Shown here piece after piece: positions 12,801 through 25,309 of a stretch of DNA of 64,000 nucleotides. The notes under the pieces were generated by a model. The model ran no database searches. It saw only the letters and a list, made by a program, of their open reading frames with translations, and was not told the origin of the DNA. The DNA is from Diadema antillarum. Taxonomy: Eukaryota. The stretch spans positions 744,001 to 808,000 of the forward strand of contig NW_027272094.1 of the NCBI RefSeq assembly GCF_040938485.1, read 5' to 3'. Made by a program: the position numbers and the translations under genes. The number at the start of each line of letters is the position of its first letter. The first letter of the stretch is position 1.

Positions 12801-15800
12801 GCTAATTTATTTTAGGGTTTCATGTATTCCGAGGTGACATAAACAAGAGGTTTGAAGTTCCGAGTAAACTGTCTTAAAAACGGTTGTATTACAACCCCCT
12901 AACAGACTCTTATGACCTCAGCATCCCCAGGTGACTAACAACCCCGATAATTAACTCCAGACGAGATCGCGGCTGGTGATAATACCCAAAAGAAACTACA
13001 ATCCTTGTCATTTTCCCTAAATTACAAATTACCGGACGATAAGCTCCTAATGACATCGTCTGAAAGTCCCACCGCGAGTATTCAAGTGAACCTTGAAACG
13101 ACATTGACTCATGATAATATCATTACATCGGAAAAAAAAAACCCGATCGCAATGAGATAATTATACTGTTGTTGTTGTTTTAAAATGATAGTCCGATGGC
13201 TTCCTTACTTATGATACATTGTACAGTGTTACCTATTCGAACTTTTTACATCTCTGGTCAGATTATGTGAAATGTTACCTATGAATAGACGAGTGGATAG
13301 ATATGCGATCCTTGCCACCCAAATATGTGCTCATAGTATTCGAATAGCAGTATGAGTTCCAAACTTAAAATCATGCAGAAGCCCTCCCCCACCCCATCCC
13401 CCCCCCCCAAAAAAAAAAGATAAGAAGTCTACAAAAGAGTCCAATCGAGATGAGATATTACACCTGTATACACTATAGATGTTCAAACTATCACGTTGAT
13501 TTAATGTTTTGTTATGTCGTTTTCCGTTATTGCATAAAGCAATTAAGTTATTCAAGTGGACATACACTGCTTTGTTTACGTGTGTTTTATGTTGTTATAT
13601 TTAGCAAATGAACACAGTAAATGTACTGTGATTTGTGTTTATACGAAATGAAATGGAGAATATGTGTGTGGGTGTATATACGTGCGCGCGCGCGCATGCC
13701 CATCAACCCATATTGTGTCATGCGTTAAAATATCAAGCTTAAGAGTTTTATTTGTTCAACAACTGTTCAAGGATTAGGAACAGAGGTATTTGAATATTAT
13801 AAATCATACTTGTCTCGCTGACAAGTGCTCAAAACCACATTCATTTTAGGATGATGTGTCATACTTTAACGTCATTTCCGCTCCTCGAGTTACAAGAGCT
13901 ATTCCTCACTTTGATAATTAAAGTGTGAAGTGTGAAGAAGTGAGACCAACACAAAGCGAAAGTATCGGTAACAAGCCCCGTGCACATGTCTCACTAACCG
14001 TTTTCCCACCGTTAACCAAATGGCGGGAATGAACTTGAAAAGGCACTCCACGTTTCATGTTGGCTTGCATATAGACAGAGAGATGTCGAACAGTCTCAAC
14101 AGTGGAATCTTCATTAAAATGTGACTTTGACTGGAAAGTTATCTTAATAGTTCAGAGGAGACCTCCAGATAATTTGTACACTTATGTATTTGAACATCTA
14201 TAAATTGGTTATACTCGGTAGAGTCTCAAAATTTGTAGTGATTGGGATGAGGAATATAAGAATGTTTTCGAAATCCATAACAAATCACAATGAACAAGGA
14301 CGATGACAGCTACACATATGGATGCATGATTGTGTGTTCTAAGAAGAAGGCTTGCATAAATTCCACATATGTGTACTTGTTAAGCAAGTTATATTATTAT
14401 GGATTGCGTTAGTACATTTACTGGAATGTGTGAGCCCTCTATGTTATCATACGTGTTCAGTGTATTATGTGTTTGTTTGTTTTTTTAAGTATTGGTTTAT
14501 CTGCTCAAGGATGACAATAATTTCCACAAATCTTTGCGTGGCACTATCGATTTTACCCCCTGATGTGAAAGCTTAATTGTCTTGAATGCCCTTTTAAATT
14601 CACGTGTTTTTTTTTCCCGAAGCAGTACCATTGGTCACAGACTTTTATTATCGTGCAAATTAGACGAAGTGATGATGCCATTGCCTTAAACGTCTCCACT
14701 CGACCTGTACACAAATCTCCACTTATACTTGTCCTTGATAATCAAAATAAGTTCGGGGGAATGCGTGTGAGGAAATTCATGTAAGTAAAGATGTTCGCGT
14801 AGTTGCCGAAACTTCGAAATATTTATCGTTACGTTTTGATTTATTCTTGATATGTTTGGTGTTGATGATAACACATATCGGGCTCATGATTTTTTTTTCA
14901 GAGAGTAAAAGAGGAGAGAACATAGGCCTAATTGCTTTGTAGAGCCTACTTTCTTAGAATATTTTTTCAACGACTTCTTATTCTTCGGTGAAAAGTGATT
15001 TCCTGTCCACTTTCGCTTTAGTTGACAAGGTTAAAGGCACCGATGAAGAGCGAGCCATAATCCACCAGATCGCGCGACAACAGTCGTGGAACGAGCCTGA
15101 CAATAACGTCCGACACTCGGTGGTGACTATCAACAGTGACGTCATAGATGTGGCTTTGAATGGCTTCGAGGGAAGATTCAATCACGGTAGTTATGACTAC
15201 GATTTACTATTTATATCTTCACTCATAAAAACAGAAACCCGGGTTTTTTTTCATCAACTTTTGTCAGCAACTGGTCAGCGCTGACAATTTCAGCAAAATC
15301 CTTGGTTTTGATTGGATGAGATGCTCTGGTCACTGGTGATTGTCAGCGCTGACAAACGTTGATGAAACCCCCCCCCCCCCCCCAGAAAGTATAATTCTGC
15401 CCATTCCAATTTTCACCTCCCTCTCTTTTTCATTGCCATCTCGATCTATCTAAAACTTCCCCGCCTTATATTTCGTTATACACTACTGTACTTGTACATG
15501 TAAGACAACTATGCTTTTTCCCTCTCTAGCGATCTACTCACACGCCGCGTGCAAATGAACATGTATCCCCCTGTCATTCTTTAATCCCCTCCTTTTCTTA
15601 ACGTAATTCTCTTCCCTGGTCAATGCTCGTTTCCTTCAACACGAGGCCTTGTGTTTCCATCCCCTCCAGGCCTTGGTCACGATGGTCAAGATAATGGCTC
15701 ACCATTTCCCTGTCCGTTTATGAGTCCCAGTAGCAACCCCTTTTTAACCTTGTCCAGTTCTTTGTCACGTCCGCCTTTAATCTATAACCAATTAAGTTCA

Positions 15801-18165
15801 ACTTTGGTGATCTGTAACAGAAATATTTCTACCTTTAAGGGGAGGAAATGGGAAAGGGCAATGAGGAACGAAATGGGAAAGGCTACATAAAATACTCCGT
15901 CTGCCAAGAATGATAAAATCCTCTATAATAGTGACCCCTTGAACCACCAGAAGCATTAAAGTGTAATGTGAGAAAAACCAGTCAACCTATAATTTTCGGC
16001 AGGCACCTATTGCCTTGTTATTAAACCTATTGTTATCAATCATTATCACTATCATGACGACAGACGACGATAGTATTTTCGTTGTTGTTACTATTTTCGT
16101 TTCCACTAAATTGTTTAAAGTGTCTTTCGTCATGTTGGTGTTGACGCCTACACCGCTGCCAGCATTTCAAAATCCATGCTAAACATCCTAAAGCACAATT
16201 CATTTAGTAAAAAATAGTAAAAAATAAAAAAATAGAAACAAAAATAGTAAACTATTAATCGTGTAACTGTCTGATTACTGTATTTGTAAACTGTTTTGGG
16301 GTTGTGACTGTTTCATGCAGTTGATGTTACGAATATTTGATTTGAATTTACAAGTAAAATGAACATGTTTGTGTATGCATTTTTTTTTCGTGCTATAAAA
16401 GCGAATATGACCGTATACTCACGGAATATCTGTCTAGATTTCTGATAACACTTCGTGTGTTTCCTTTTTTTTTCGATTCTGATTATGGCGTCAGCGATGT
16501 CCATCTGTAGCGTGACGGACCTGAACGACTCGGTCTTCTCCAGTGATCTGGTGAACGGTACGGACATGGTCAGCGTGGGCAACACGGTGACGATCCTTGG
16601 CAACGCGAACGTCAACACGAATGCCGCGTCGCAGAAAGCGCTACGGGCTGACTACAAGCTGCCGCGACACTTCGGCGTCTCGGCGAACGGGCGACTGAAG
16701 GCGGCCCACAGGGTCTCGCGAAAGAGCAGTGTCGACAGCAGTTCGCACGGTCCGCGGGACAACAAGTGGGTAACGGGTTTCTGGAGCCAGCTCTGGACGC
16801 TGACGCGGAGGAACTTCCGGCAGAACAGATCAATCGTCCTGTCACCGCTTGACGTCTTCAAGCACACCTTCGTCGCGTTTGTGGTCGGCTCTTTGTGGTT
16901 CCAGATCCCTCACACCGAAGAGAACATCCGCAACATATCTGGCATGGTAAAGACCGGGTTATCGCTTCTAAAACTATTTGGGATCTTCGAAGGGTCGGTC
17001 TCTACTTTAGGTCAAAACGACAAGTGCCACAGGCGTGGATATCCCTCACAAACAAGTCAAATCACATTAGTATGAAAGGAAGAGGTGCCACCGATCTAAG
17101 TCTTTTTCCCATCGTTTTAGTCCTTCCGTGTAGATCATATGAGTTTTTTCCATTTGATGTTGTTTTTCTATTAGTATTCAACGTCCAATCTATTTAGCCA
17201 ATCAGGAAAAGTTTTATTATAGACCTGAAGAGGGACGCTCTTTGCAAGCAAGAAGAGTACAGAAGCAAGTGGATTTTTTCCCCCAAACAGAGACCTAGCT
17301 CGGCCTTTTGATGCAAGAACTTCAAACGACAATTCAGAGCCCCGATTGCGATCCCAACGATACCGAATATTACTATCGCTATCGTCTGAAGTTTATATCC
17401 TTTGAATACATACTGATAGACATAATTATAGTGCAATAGACAAGTGCAATTTTAAACAAGAGTGTTTCGAAGAATTGTCTTCACGAACGGATTTCTTTTC
17501 AATAAAAATAAATAAATTAAAAAAAAAACGGGCTGTCAGTGGGAACTATATAAACAGCAGTACGCTATGGATGGTTCTCCTTCGGGTGCGACTGATTGAG
17601 CCGAAATATGAAGAGAGTGTTTCCGAAATTGTTTGTCTTCGCTCTCAAAGTTTGATGTACGTGTAAATTCTTTAATTTTCCCCCTTCGTCGGATCCCCCT
17701 CTCCTCTCTCCTTTGATTCCTCTGAAAGCTCGAGACGTGAGGTGAGAGGTGAGGAGGATAAAGAACAACTACTAAAGGCTGTCACGACAAGCCTCGCTAG
17801 CTAAACTCTTCCTTTCCAGGTGCAGTTGTGGATATCCAGTGGGGGCGTTAATTGAATAAGACGTAGCACGCTCCCTCGCATTTTACACTTTCGTTTCCGT
17901 CCGCCTTCTCTTCAGCGAGGATTCTTGATTCTTAATGTGAAATGTCGTTGTATATATGTTTCAGGTCGAATTCGATAGCGAGAGTGAAAAGTCAGAGAGA
18001 TTGAAGAATAGAAGTACTTGGCGAATTTCAGATCAACATGGTGTTAGAATGTCAAGGAATTCAAGGGTATCAGACATTTTCATCAGACATGGGCGTCCGC
18101 TCATTACGATTAATGATGCCCTCCCCTCACACCAGTCCTGTCGGTTTATACTTTATCAAAAAATA

Positions 18166-18216
<51 letters not shown>

Positions 18217-21200
18217 GAAATCATGTTTTCTTTGTATAGATTTGTCAATTAACTCATAAGCATGAATGTCATCACAACAATAGTTTTACGGGCAAGATAG
18301 AAGGTTTCTCTTTATGTGACTCCATTACAAACGAGCCACCTTTAATGAAGATCAGGTCAGGGAGGGACATCTGAGGCCATAACATCATCCTCTAACTAAC
18401 TTGCAAAGTGATGTCTTTGCGACCAATATCATATCATCATGAACACATGTAAATGTGTATAAATCCACAATTTTCTAATCAGATGATCGGTTTTGCTGAA
18501 ACAACTGCCACTTCGTTCGCCTGATTTTTATCTATTCATCAAAGCTAACCTCTTTCGTGTTTATGTGCTTCGAGTGGAATATCATGCACTTTCAGAGATG
18601 AGATCATGCTTGCGTTTTGCCAAGAAGAACGAAGGCTTAGGCTATCTAACAACCGCAAGCCTCGCGCACACTCGGTGCTTAAAGGGTTACTAACCCGTAG
18701 TTCGTTCGTTCAGTCATCCTATCGGGGTGGGGTCTCCCTCCACTCCGTACTCCCTGCTTCCCACATGCCCCCTTCCCATATTAAAGTCTTATGAGTTCAG
18801 TGATTTCAATTTCTAAAGGATTTAACGCCCACCAAAGGGTCATAATGATAATATATTACCTGCATGAGCTATGAAAAGAAAATTTTTCCATGTCAAACTT
18901 TGTGACTGACCCCTTCCTCTATCGTCCTTCCTCCCTCCACCAGGTTTTCTTCCTGAGCGCCTACTGGGGTTTCGAATCCATCTATAGCGTGCTAAGCTGG
19001 TGTAAGTATACTTCCTTCCTCTGCAGACGTTGCTCGAGTGTATTCCAAGCGTACTGGATGCCTTCGGATGTTGATCTTTTTTTTTTCGATTTTTCTTCTT
19101 CTTGTAGCAAAAGCGAGAGTTTTTAGTTAAAGTTTAGGAGAAGATGAAAATCACATCTCAGTAATATTCAGAGAGTTGTGATGAGAAAATGAGAAAGTCA
19201 AAGGGGGCAGATCGAACAATAGATGGTCTGGTAGGAAACGATTTAAATCTCCATGTTGTATCAAATCTATTTGAATGATCACTGAAAAGGAATGATTTAA
19301 TGACGTCTTGGTCATGTGACCTAGGTTATAAAAGCATCATGTGAACATTTTGTTCTTCGTGTGTCATCATATAGAAAAACAGTGAAAAATTAATTTGTCA
19401 TTGATTTAGAGATATGCGGACTATGTGTAGAAATGATTTGTCAATTGATATTTTTGTTATGTAGGAAGAGGCGCTTTCAAAGGGGTTATTTGGCGGTTAA
19501 ACGCACATATATTTCGCTATGCAATTTTATGATTTTAGTTCTTTTCATGAACAACATGCAGAGTCAGTTCCAATTACAGAAATTCTTCATAGATATAAAG
19601 TCACGAGCAATAGTCATCTCAAACTTCATTTCAATTCATATTTTTGTTTAATATTCAGATTTGATAGTTTACTAAATTGTTAATCTTTTCCTTTTTCTAC
19701 CGAGAGAAAAGATTCAGTAAATTTCCTATTCTCTTTACGTCTCTCCATTAGAGGGAAACAATCCGGTATAACTCTGAAATAGATTTCCGATTTCTTTTAT
19801 TTTTGTCAGTCAACATTGTGACACGATACCTGAGGGTTGAAAATAGTCACCGCATCAACAAACTCACGGGTACTTCGCACTTTCTGTACCCTTTAATGCC
19901 CCCATCCACAGGATGGAGACCATTAGGGCAATCTTTGAAAAAAAAAATGACAAGATCACTCAGCAGCCTCCAAAGCCACCAAAAAAGAAATGTCTGTGTG
20001 TGGAAACACCCTCTAGATCCTGGAGCACTCACTACTTGGGTTCAAGCGACGTTGCTATAACTTTAATGATTGATTTGAAGTTTTAAACTTTGGATAATTA
20101 GCTTGTTGTATAACCTCATATGAACCCCCTCGAAAGTTTCCATCCTTGAGATTAGTCGAGGATTCAAAACTACATGACCACTTGCAGTTTTGAGGTCGTG
20201 TATGGACACTTTAATCAGTCTGTCGTAAACAAGAAGAAATCTTGCTGTTTAATCTTCGACTAAATTGGCAATTTTCGAGTTCATTTACACGGTCCTAAGC
20301 TACAACCCAGTCATCGAAGATTAAAACTTCAAATTGATCTTTTATGATCAACGAACTCGAAAGTGAGCGTGGCCTTTCAATGACACCCCCCCCCCCCCTC
20401 GCACCCAATTGGACCCCGTGGAAGACCAGCTAGTGCAGTTGAATACGGGCTATCCAGCCATCTTCTCAGATGGAAAAATGAAGCAAAGGAAACAATTCAA
20501 AGTGGACAAAAAATCTGACAGTCCTTCGAACATCGATATTTCAGTTCCTTTTGATATTGCCGTTCACTGAAAACGTGAAATTTAAAAAGCCTGTCACTTT
20601 CACCTTACATCAATGCCAATGAGACTTTACTGTCGTGTACTGGGGACCCACATCCTTTTTAATACAGTCACGTCTACGGTCAAGGTCGTGTTTGTTTCTC
20701 TTAGACACATTTAGACGATAATGTGAGGACACAAACTAGGGGATAAAAGTTTAGCAGGTTGATTATTTTACATGGTTTGTCCCCCACTTGTGACATCTAT
20801 TAAAGTCATATATTAAACAGGGGAGCGAGGCACCTATGTTAGCTGTAGTTCCGTCGTTGTGTTGTTATTGACAGCACAAGTCAGAATAGAGCTATGAATC
20901 ATCTTTCATTATAGATTTATAATAATCACTTTGTCATTGTTGTTGTTGTTGTTGTCAGACACTTCCCACCGGATGTATACATTTTTCTTTGTCTGTGCAT
21001 TCAACTACCAAGGTCGAGCTGACTGTCAAATTCTGTTCGTATCTGTTCTTGATACGATGTGTAATAGCCCTGTATGGCATCGTACCATTCGTGTACTTAC
21101 ATGTACTCGTAGAGGCCCATGATGGTGCTAATGATAATTGTGACGTCCAACAATCATAGCAAAATACTGTTATGATAATGAAGTGCGTAAAATGATAGTA

Positions 21201-24200
21201 GGTGATGGAACGAATCGAAATAAATATGAAAAGTATTATCCTTCTGCTGCTCTTTCAGAGTATCTGATAATAATGATTAAGCGGAGTTTATGAAAAACTG
21301 AGATCTGTTCAAAAAATCTTGGATCTCGTGACATCTCAACGAATTATCAGGAGAAAGGATAGGTGTGGATAGAATATCACCACATCTATTGGCGAATATT
21401 GAATCCGATTTCCTTCCCACCAAGAAATAAACAATTGAGTATATGAATATAAGAACGACCCAAGTCCATGGAAGACCATTAATATAAGATTTAACTCAGT
21501 CATTTCAGGCACTTCCGGAGGTAATTAGGATTTATCATTTATACACAAGATGAGTCCATGCATAAGCTACAATTTCCCGTGTCAAACTGAATTTGGCCAA
21601 AATATTGGACTTGGGTCGTTCTTATATTCAGGTCTTCAATTATGATTATCAAGCGTGCCTGATCTAACTTCAAGGAAATTAAGACATTTCCTTGCGATTT
21701 CCGTTACATATCACAATCGCAATAACTGAGATGAGATTTTTTTTTTTCCTGCGACATTTTGCCCACAGTTCCGAGCGAGCGTCATATCATATTCAAGGAG
21801 CGTTCGTCGGGAGCGTACCGGCTGTCCGCCTATTTCCTTTCGAAGATCATCAGCGGTTTCCCGCTCAAAGTGATCATGCCTGCTGTTTCGGTCACCCTGG
21901 CATTTTGGCTGGTTGGACTCCACATGTCGGTGGTGGCGTACCTCTGTTTCTTAGCTACCGTGGTGATCGCTGTGCAAGTCGGTCAGGTCAGCATTATTAA
22001 AGTTAATTAAAAAGCCTCTTCAAGGGGAAATCCAGGCCAGATTTACTCTTTAAGTTAGTCCGATAAGAAAGAGTAAAAACACAACAGTGAGAATTTGATC
22101 AAAATCGGATGAAAAGTAAGGGAGTTATGAAAAAATGTCAAAGATTTGCTAATTTTAGTATAACCGTTCTAAAGCAGTTGATATATCAATATGTAAATGA
22201 GTGAGCTGATGATCTCATCATATTACAAGTTTCCACTGATCATGTTAAAAAAATGACGAAGATTCAGGTTTTCGGATATAAAAGTTTAAAACATAATATC
22301 ATACCTGATTGAATAACTTCAAAATAATGGGTAGTCAGATATATCAACATTTGAGACAGGGGCGTAATTGTGTTTGATTAAAAAAAGAATCCACCATTTC
22401 ATAACTTCCTTTAATAAAGTTCATCCAGTTTTGATCAAACTTTCACTTTTGCGCTTGAAAGATTCACTTTACTCTTTCTTTTATATTTTCGTTAACTTTT
22501 ATTTGTCAAAGATTTTACCTTTAAAGTTCTCGCACCTGTATAAGAGATATGAAGATTTTAATCGCAAAACGAGGTAACTCCGTTCGTGTTAATTTTAGAT
22601 TTCTGTAATTAAAGCTGTCATAAAAACGAAAATGATAAATAAGTATGGGATGTTTTTAATCGTCCAGAAGTTCAAGTATTCTGTCTTGTGTAACAGATGA
22701 GGCATTGCTGCAAGGGTTTTTGCACTCTCCAATGAGCATATTTAAAATGTGGTGTTCAACCCATTTTGCAGTTAAGGGCTTCATATAATGATTTTTGTAG
22801 AACATAAGGATGCATTGATATTTCTTATGCAACCAATTGTACAGCTCTTGCACTTCGAACAATTCAAGATGATTGATTGATGATGGTGGTGTTGATGATG
22901 ATGATGATGATTACGATGATGATGATATTGTTGATGATTATGTTGACGTCAGTATTATCACTGATTATGATGATGATGACGTTGATCAATGATCGTTATC
23001 ATTGATGATGTTGGTGATTACGGTCGAGAATGAATCTCGTCCACTCCAGGGAATAGGTCTGCTGATCAGCGCATCCGCCTCATCCACCCACCAAGCCCTT
23101 GTGGTGTCCAGCCTCGCCATGCTCACCGCGATGCTCCTCGGCGGGTTTTACGTGGAGATGCTGCCTAGCACCCTTCGGTGGCTGCCCTACACCAGTTTCA
23201 CGTCCTATGTTTACGGCGCCTTTCTGTCAGCCGTCTTCGTTGTCGTGCCTCAACCCATAAGGTACACATCAGGGCTGGCGGAGCGTTTTCAAAAGTGGGG
23301 GGGGGGGGCACTTCCGGGTTTGATGAGCTAACAAGCTTCCACTTCCTTCTTTTTTCGGTTCAAGTTCAAGTTCAAGTTCATATTTATTCGTTTTTTCCAC
23401 AATACATAACACAAACATAAATCTCACTTTCTTAAGTGACAAAATCAATGCATACAATTGTACAGAGAAAACAACAATAATAGCACAAAAAAACCTAACA
23501 GTATCGATACATTGCAATAGTTGCTAAGACAACGAAAGTGAAATAGTTTTCAATACAATTATGCACTGTGTGAAAAAAACGGAGGGACCCACTACAAGCA
23601 AAAAATAAAAAATAAATAAAAAATGAATAAAACTAAGTCTTCAGCTCATCTTCCTCCTTTCTCTTCCTGGTTTCTTCAGCTGCCAAGCAAACAAGCAAAA
23701 AAAAAAAATCTTCAGCGGAAAAACATAACCTTACCGCGATCACACATCAAGATCTCTTATCTATTTCTTTCTAGTGCCACTTACGTACTTCCTGGTAAAA
23801 AAAAAAAATGGTGGAAAGTGGGGGTGTGGGACAGAGTGATGACACCAATATGTATTCCTTTGTATGGTGCACAAAAAGTGTGGGGGCCCGAGTCCCCACG
23901 CCCCCCCCCCCCCCCCCCTTCGGTCCCGCCCCCCCCCCCCCCCCTTCGGTCCGCCGTCCATGCACAATCAAATAAAGCAGTTAGGGCAAGATACTGTATT
24001 AGAATGAGCAGTGGCTCGATGGTCCGGGGCCACTCGAAATTAATGTTGGGCTACCTAGAAAAAAAAAATAGGTGGCCTGATTGGGCGCTTAAAGTAAAAA
24101 ATGATTTGTTATGTTTTTTTAAATTTCATTTCGGGCCAGAACGTTTCACTTTTGCCTCCAAATTTCAGATTAAAGGAAACCAGAGCCCAGACATAAATTT

Positions 24201-25214
24201 TGATTGAGTGAAAGCGAAGGTATTGGTAGAGCACATGAGTAAAAGTTTGAGGAAAATCGGCAATCCATTATTTTTAGAGTTATAAATTCTTTAAGTTTCT
24301 GTGCAGCTGTCGCTGAATGAAAAGACTACTACACTTTGTGACGTCAGTATGTACAACGATATCAAGAAAATATAAAGAGAAATCAACAAAATTCAAATTC
24401 TTCAATGAAAAACACACATTTTCTTGACCAAAGTTACCGACCCATATTATCAAGGATAATAGTGTTCCCTCTGCTCTGTGACAGAGGTAACTTAAGCGCT
24501 CTTTCATTTTGCTAGAAACGTGAAAATAATGTTGAAACCTGTTTATATTTTATCTATATTATTATATCTTTACCTTATCTCTCTCCCTCCATCTCCCTCT
24601 CCTGCTCTCTTTATCTCTGACGTTTGTATTTTGCATCGTTCCTTTCTTTTCATTTCTCTCAAGTCTGCTCCAAGCAGTGCCAGTAACATCACAACAAGGA
24701 AACAGAAAAACGCCATTTTTTTCTCAAGGAAAGCAACATGGCAAAAAATGAAACTAGCTATATAGGCAACAATATGATTGTCGTTCTGTTAATAAAAGTT
24801 TAGTATTCATGTATACTAGTCAATCACTCGTCTCATTTCTTTTATTATTTCATTCTTTCGTTCTTTACTTATTCATTCATTAATATTTAATTTATTGTGT
24901 TAATTATTTCATTCATGTATTCTTCATTCATTTTACGCAGATGTAGTACGACAGGTGTATCCGACTTTGCGGAATGCATGGTCACGTCTGCTTTCACGAA
25001 CAGCAGTGATGGAGCGGCTAATGTCAGTGCGCTGACCAACTCAACGATGTCGCCGGAGTTTCGGCAGAGCTTCATGAGCAGTGCCGCTTTGGTCGACAGT
25101 CTGACCATCGTGTCACTACCTATTTGGGGGTACTATGCCGCGTTAGGAGGGTTTATTGTCGTGGTCTACACCCTTTCCTATCTTGTCCTGAGATTTGGCC
25201 GCAAACCAAACTGA
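282..25214 (+). CDS. ABCG-family half-transporter (NBD-TMD order), 5'-truncated by the window edge; 10 exons, 1842 nt, 613 aa + stop
   Basis: Exons 282-387, 1583-1683, 3620-3781, 11210-11303, 15022-15186, 16495-16946, 18944-19001, 21769-21986, 23050-23261 and 24941-25214 join in frame with AG/GT boundaries. They encode ABC signature LSGGEKKR, Walker B/D-loop [14 protein letters not shown]-loop SIHQP, the ABCG motif YNPADF and an ABC2-type membrane domain ([16 protein letters not shown]; LLGGFY). Walker A lies upstream of the window. The exact paralogue cannot be assigned by eye. Confidence 0.95.
990..1400 (+). repeat. Old interspersed repeat, homologous to ~14215-14580
   Basis: Shared blocks aatttg(c/t)agtgatt, aatgaacaagga(t/c)gatgaca, gttaagcaagt, tgttcagtgta, tctgctcaaggat, taatttccacaaatct in the same order. 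Confidence 0.65.
1583..1683 (+). CDS. ABCG exon (signature motif and Walker B: [33 protein letters not shown])
   Basis: ttgcag acceptor, gtgagt donor; not shown in the ORF track. Confidence 0.95.
2644..3025. mobile_element. Palindromic MITE with TTAA flanks and AGGG...CCCT ends (Kolobok-like, non-autonomous)
   Basis: TTAA|AGGGAT...ATCCCT|TTAA; mirrored arms around the central hairpin AATAAAGTGTGGGACCCACACTTTATT. The superfamily call rests on TTAA TSD + RR termini. Confidence 0.75.
3155..3422. repeat. (TA)n followed by an (ATC/ATT)n microsatellite region
   Basis: Pure (TA)n at 3155-3212; imperfect trinucleotide repeat at ~3265-3422. Confidence 0.95.
3620..3781 (+). CDS. ABCG exon (EPTSGLDS...SIHQPSS...LLLLSEGQ)
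   Basis: acatag acceptor, gtgagt donor, 54 codons; D-loop and H-loop. Confidence 0.95.
3785..3834. repeat. (GT)n microsatellite directly after an ABCG donor site
   Basis: gtgtgtgt tract continuing from gtgagt. Confidence 0.9.
4775..5091. mobile_element. Second, internally deleted copy of the 2644-3025 MITE family
   Basis: TTAA|AGGGGTGATACAGTTT...GCCCT|TTAA; shares tttatttgatgaaaattgg...gagatatccaaaa. Further fragments near 10920-11130, 12020-12080 and 31400-31480. Confidence 0.7.
5926..8761. mobile_element. Foldback-type non-autonomous DNA transposon (about 2.8 kb) with long modular TIRs and piggyBac-like ends
   Basis: TTAA|CCTGGACATTTT at left and AAAATGTCCAGG|TTGAA at right. Arms of about 0.8 kb are reverse complements, each built of 4-5 subrepeats of about 161-168 bp. 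No transposase ORF in the ~1.2-kb middle. Confidence 0.85.
8767..9485. mobile_element. piggyBac-like MITE
   Basis: TIR CCCTAACTAGGCC...GGCCTAGTTAGGG followed by TTAA (9486-9489). Confidence 0.8.
11210..11303 (+). CDS. ABCG exon (TVYFGEA...[12 protein letters not shown])
   Basis: tcacag acceptor, gtaagt donor; NPADF motif. Confidence 0.93.
11357..11492 (+). repeat. Exact 68-bp tandem duplication
   Basis: gtctctaattcagg...gttgaacaagaa occurs twice, identical (11357-11424, 11425-11492). Confidence 0.95.
11672..11995 (-). mobile_element. 3' remnant of an L2/CR1-group LINE
   Basis: The minus strand reads [13 protein letters not shown] then, after a frameshift, [21 protein letters not shown], resembling the L2 ORF2 C-terminus (GDRAFS.AAP.LWN.LP...FK..L). 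It ends in an (ATT)n-like tail. Confidence 0.7.
14215..14580 (+). repeat. Old interspersed repeat, homologous to ~990-1400
   Basis: Same collinear blocks as the 990-1400 copy, clearly diverged. Confidence 0.65.
15022..15186 (+). CDS. ABCG exon (NBD-TMD linker)
   Basis: ctttag acceptor; weak gtagtt donor chosen because it gives phase 1 matching the next exon. Confidence 0.75.
15241..15370. mobile_element. Small (~130 bp) palindromic MITE
   Basis: gggttt..catcaacttttgtcagc / gctgacaaacgttgatgaaaccc inverted ends; internal gtcagcgctgac palindromes. Confidence 0.65.
16495..16946 (+). CDS. ABCG exon (linker and TM1: [15 protein letters not shown]...[14 protein letters not shown])
   Basis: cgtcag acceptor (phase 1), gtaaag donor (phase 0). 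Confidence 0.88.
18168..18214. repeat. (AC)n microsatellite
   Basis: direct reading. Confidence 0.95.
18944..19001 (+). CDS. ABCG exon (TM2: [19 protein letters not shown])
   Basis: long pyrimidine tract + caccag acceptor, gtaagt donor. Confidence 0.9.
20405..20495 (+). mobile_element. 5'-truncated 3' tail of the same SINE family
   Basis: tggaccccgtggaagaccagct...gaata..ggctatccagccatcttctcaga matches 62065-62135. Confidence 0.7.
21444..21632. mobile_element. MITE with 25-bp perfect TIR
   Basis: TGAATATAAGAACGACCCAAGTCCA (21444-21468) / TGGACTTGGGTCGTTCTTATATTCA (21606-21630). Confidence 0.75.
21769..21986 (+). CDS. ABCG exon ([26 protein letters not shown]...TM3-4)
   Basis: ccacag acceptor, gtcagc donor; conserved ERxxGxY motif. 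Confidence 0.93.
22023..22520. mobile_element. Probable Kolobok-like MITE
   Basis: TTCA|AGGGGAAAT...TTACCT|TTAA ends; internal mirrored gatcaaaatcggatgaa / ttcatccagttttgatc. Confidence 0.45.
22868..23010. repeat. Imperfect (GAT)n microsatellite upstream of an ABCG acceptor
   Basis: direct reading. Confidence 0.85.
23050..23261 (+). CDS. ABCG exon (TM5: GIGLLISA...[22 protein letters not shown])
   Basis: ctccag acceptor, gtacac donor, phase 2. Confidence 0.9.
24941..25214 (+). CDS. ABCG terminal exon (extracellular loop with 2 Cys and NxS/T sites, TM6, stop)
   Basis: acgcag acceptor, phase 2; ends ...[14 protein letters not shown]. Confidence 0.9.
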
Positions 25215-25303
25215 TCGTGCATGGTGGCGAAGGTGATGACGGGCTCGATTGGCTCACGACTCTCGTCGCATCGTGACTGTGATTCATTTAATTTATTTGA
25301 TAA

Positions 25304-25309
25304 AATAAA
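25304..25309 (+). terminator. Candidate polyadenylation signal of the ABCG gene
   Basis: AATAAA about 90 nt after the stop codon; position only, no transcript evidence. Confidence 0.45.

Noticed and set aside
17194-17436. Minus-strand ORF with a TM-like stretch ([16 protein letters not shown])
   Set aside because: Short, isolated and intronic, with no recognisable domain or partner exons.
23623-24207. 194-aa ORF with poly-Pro
   Set aside because: Arises from poly-C and poly-A tracts within intronic repeats; no coding-like composition or splice support.
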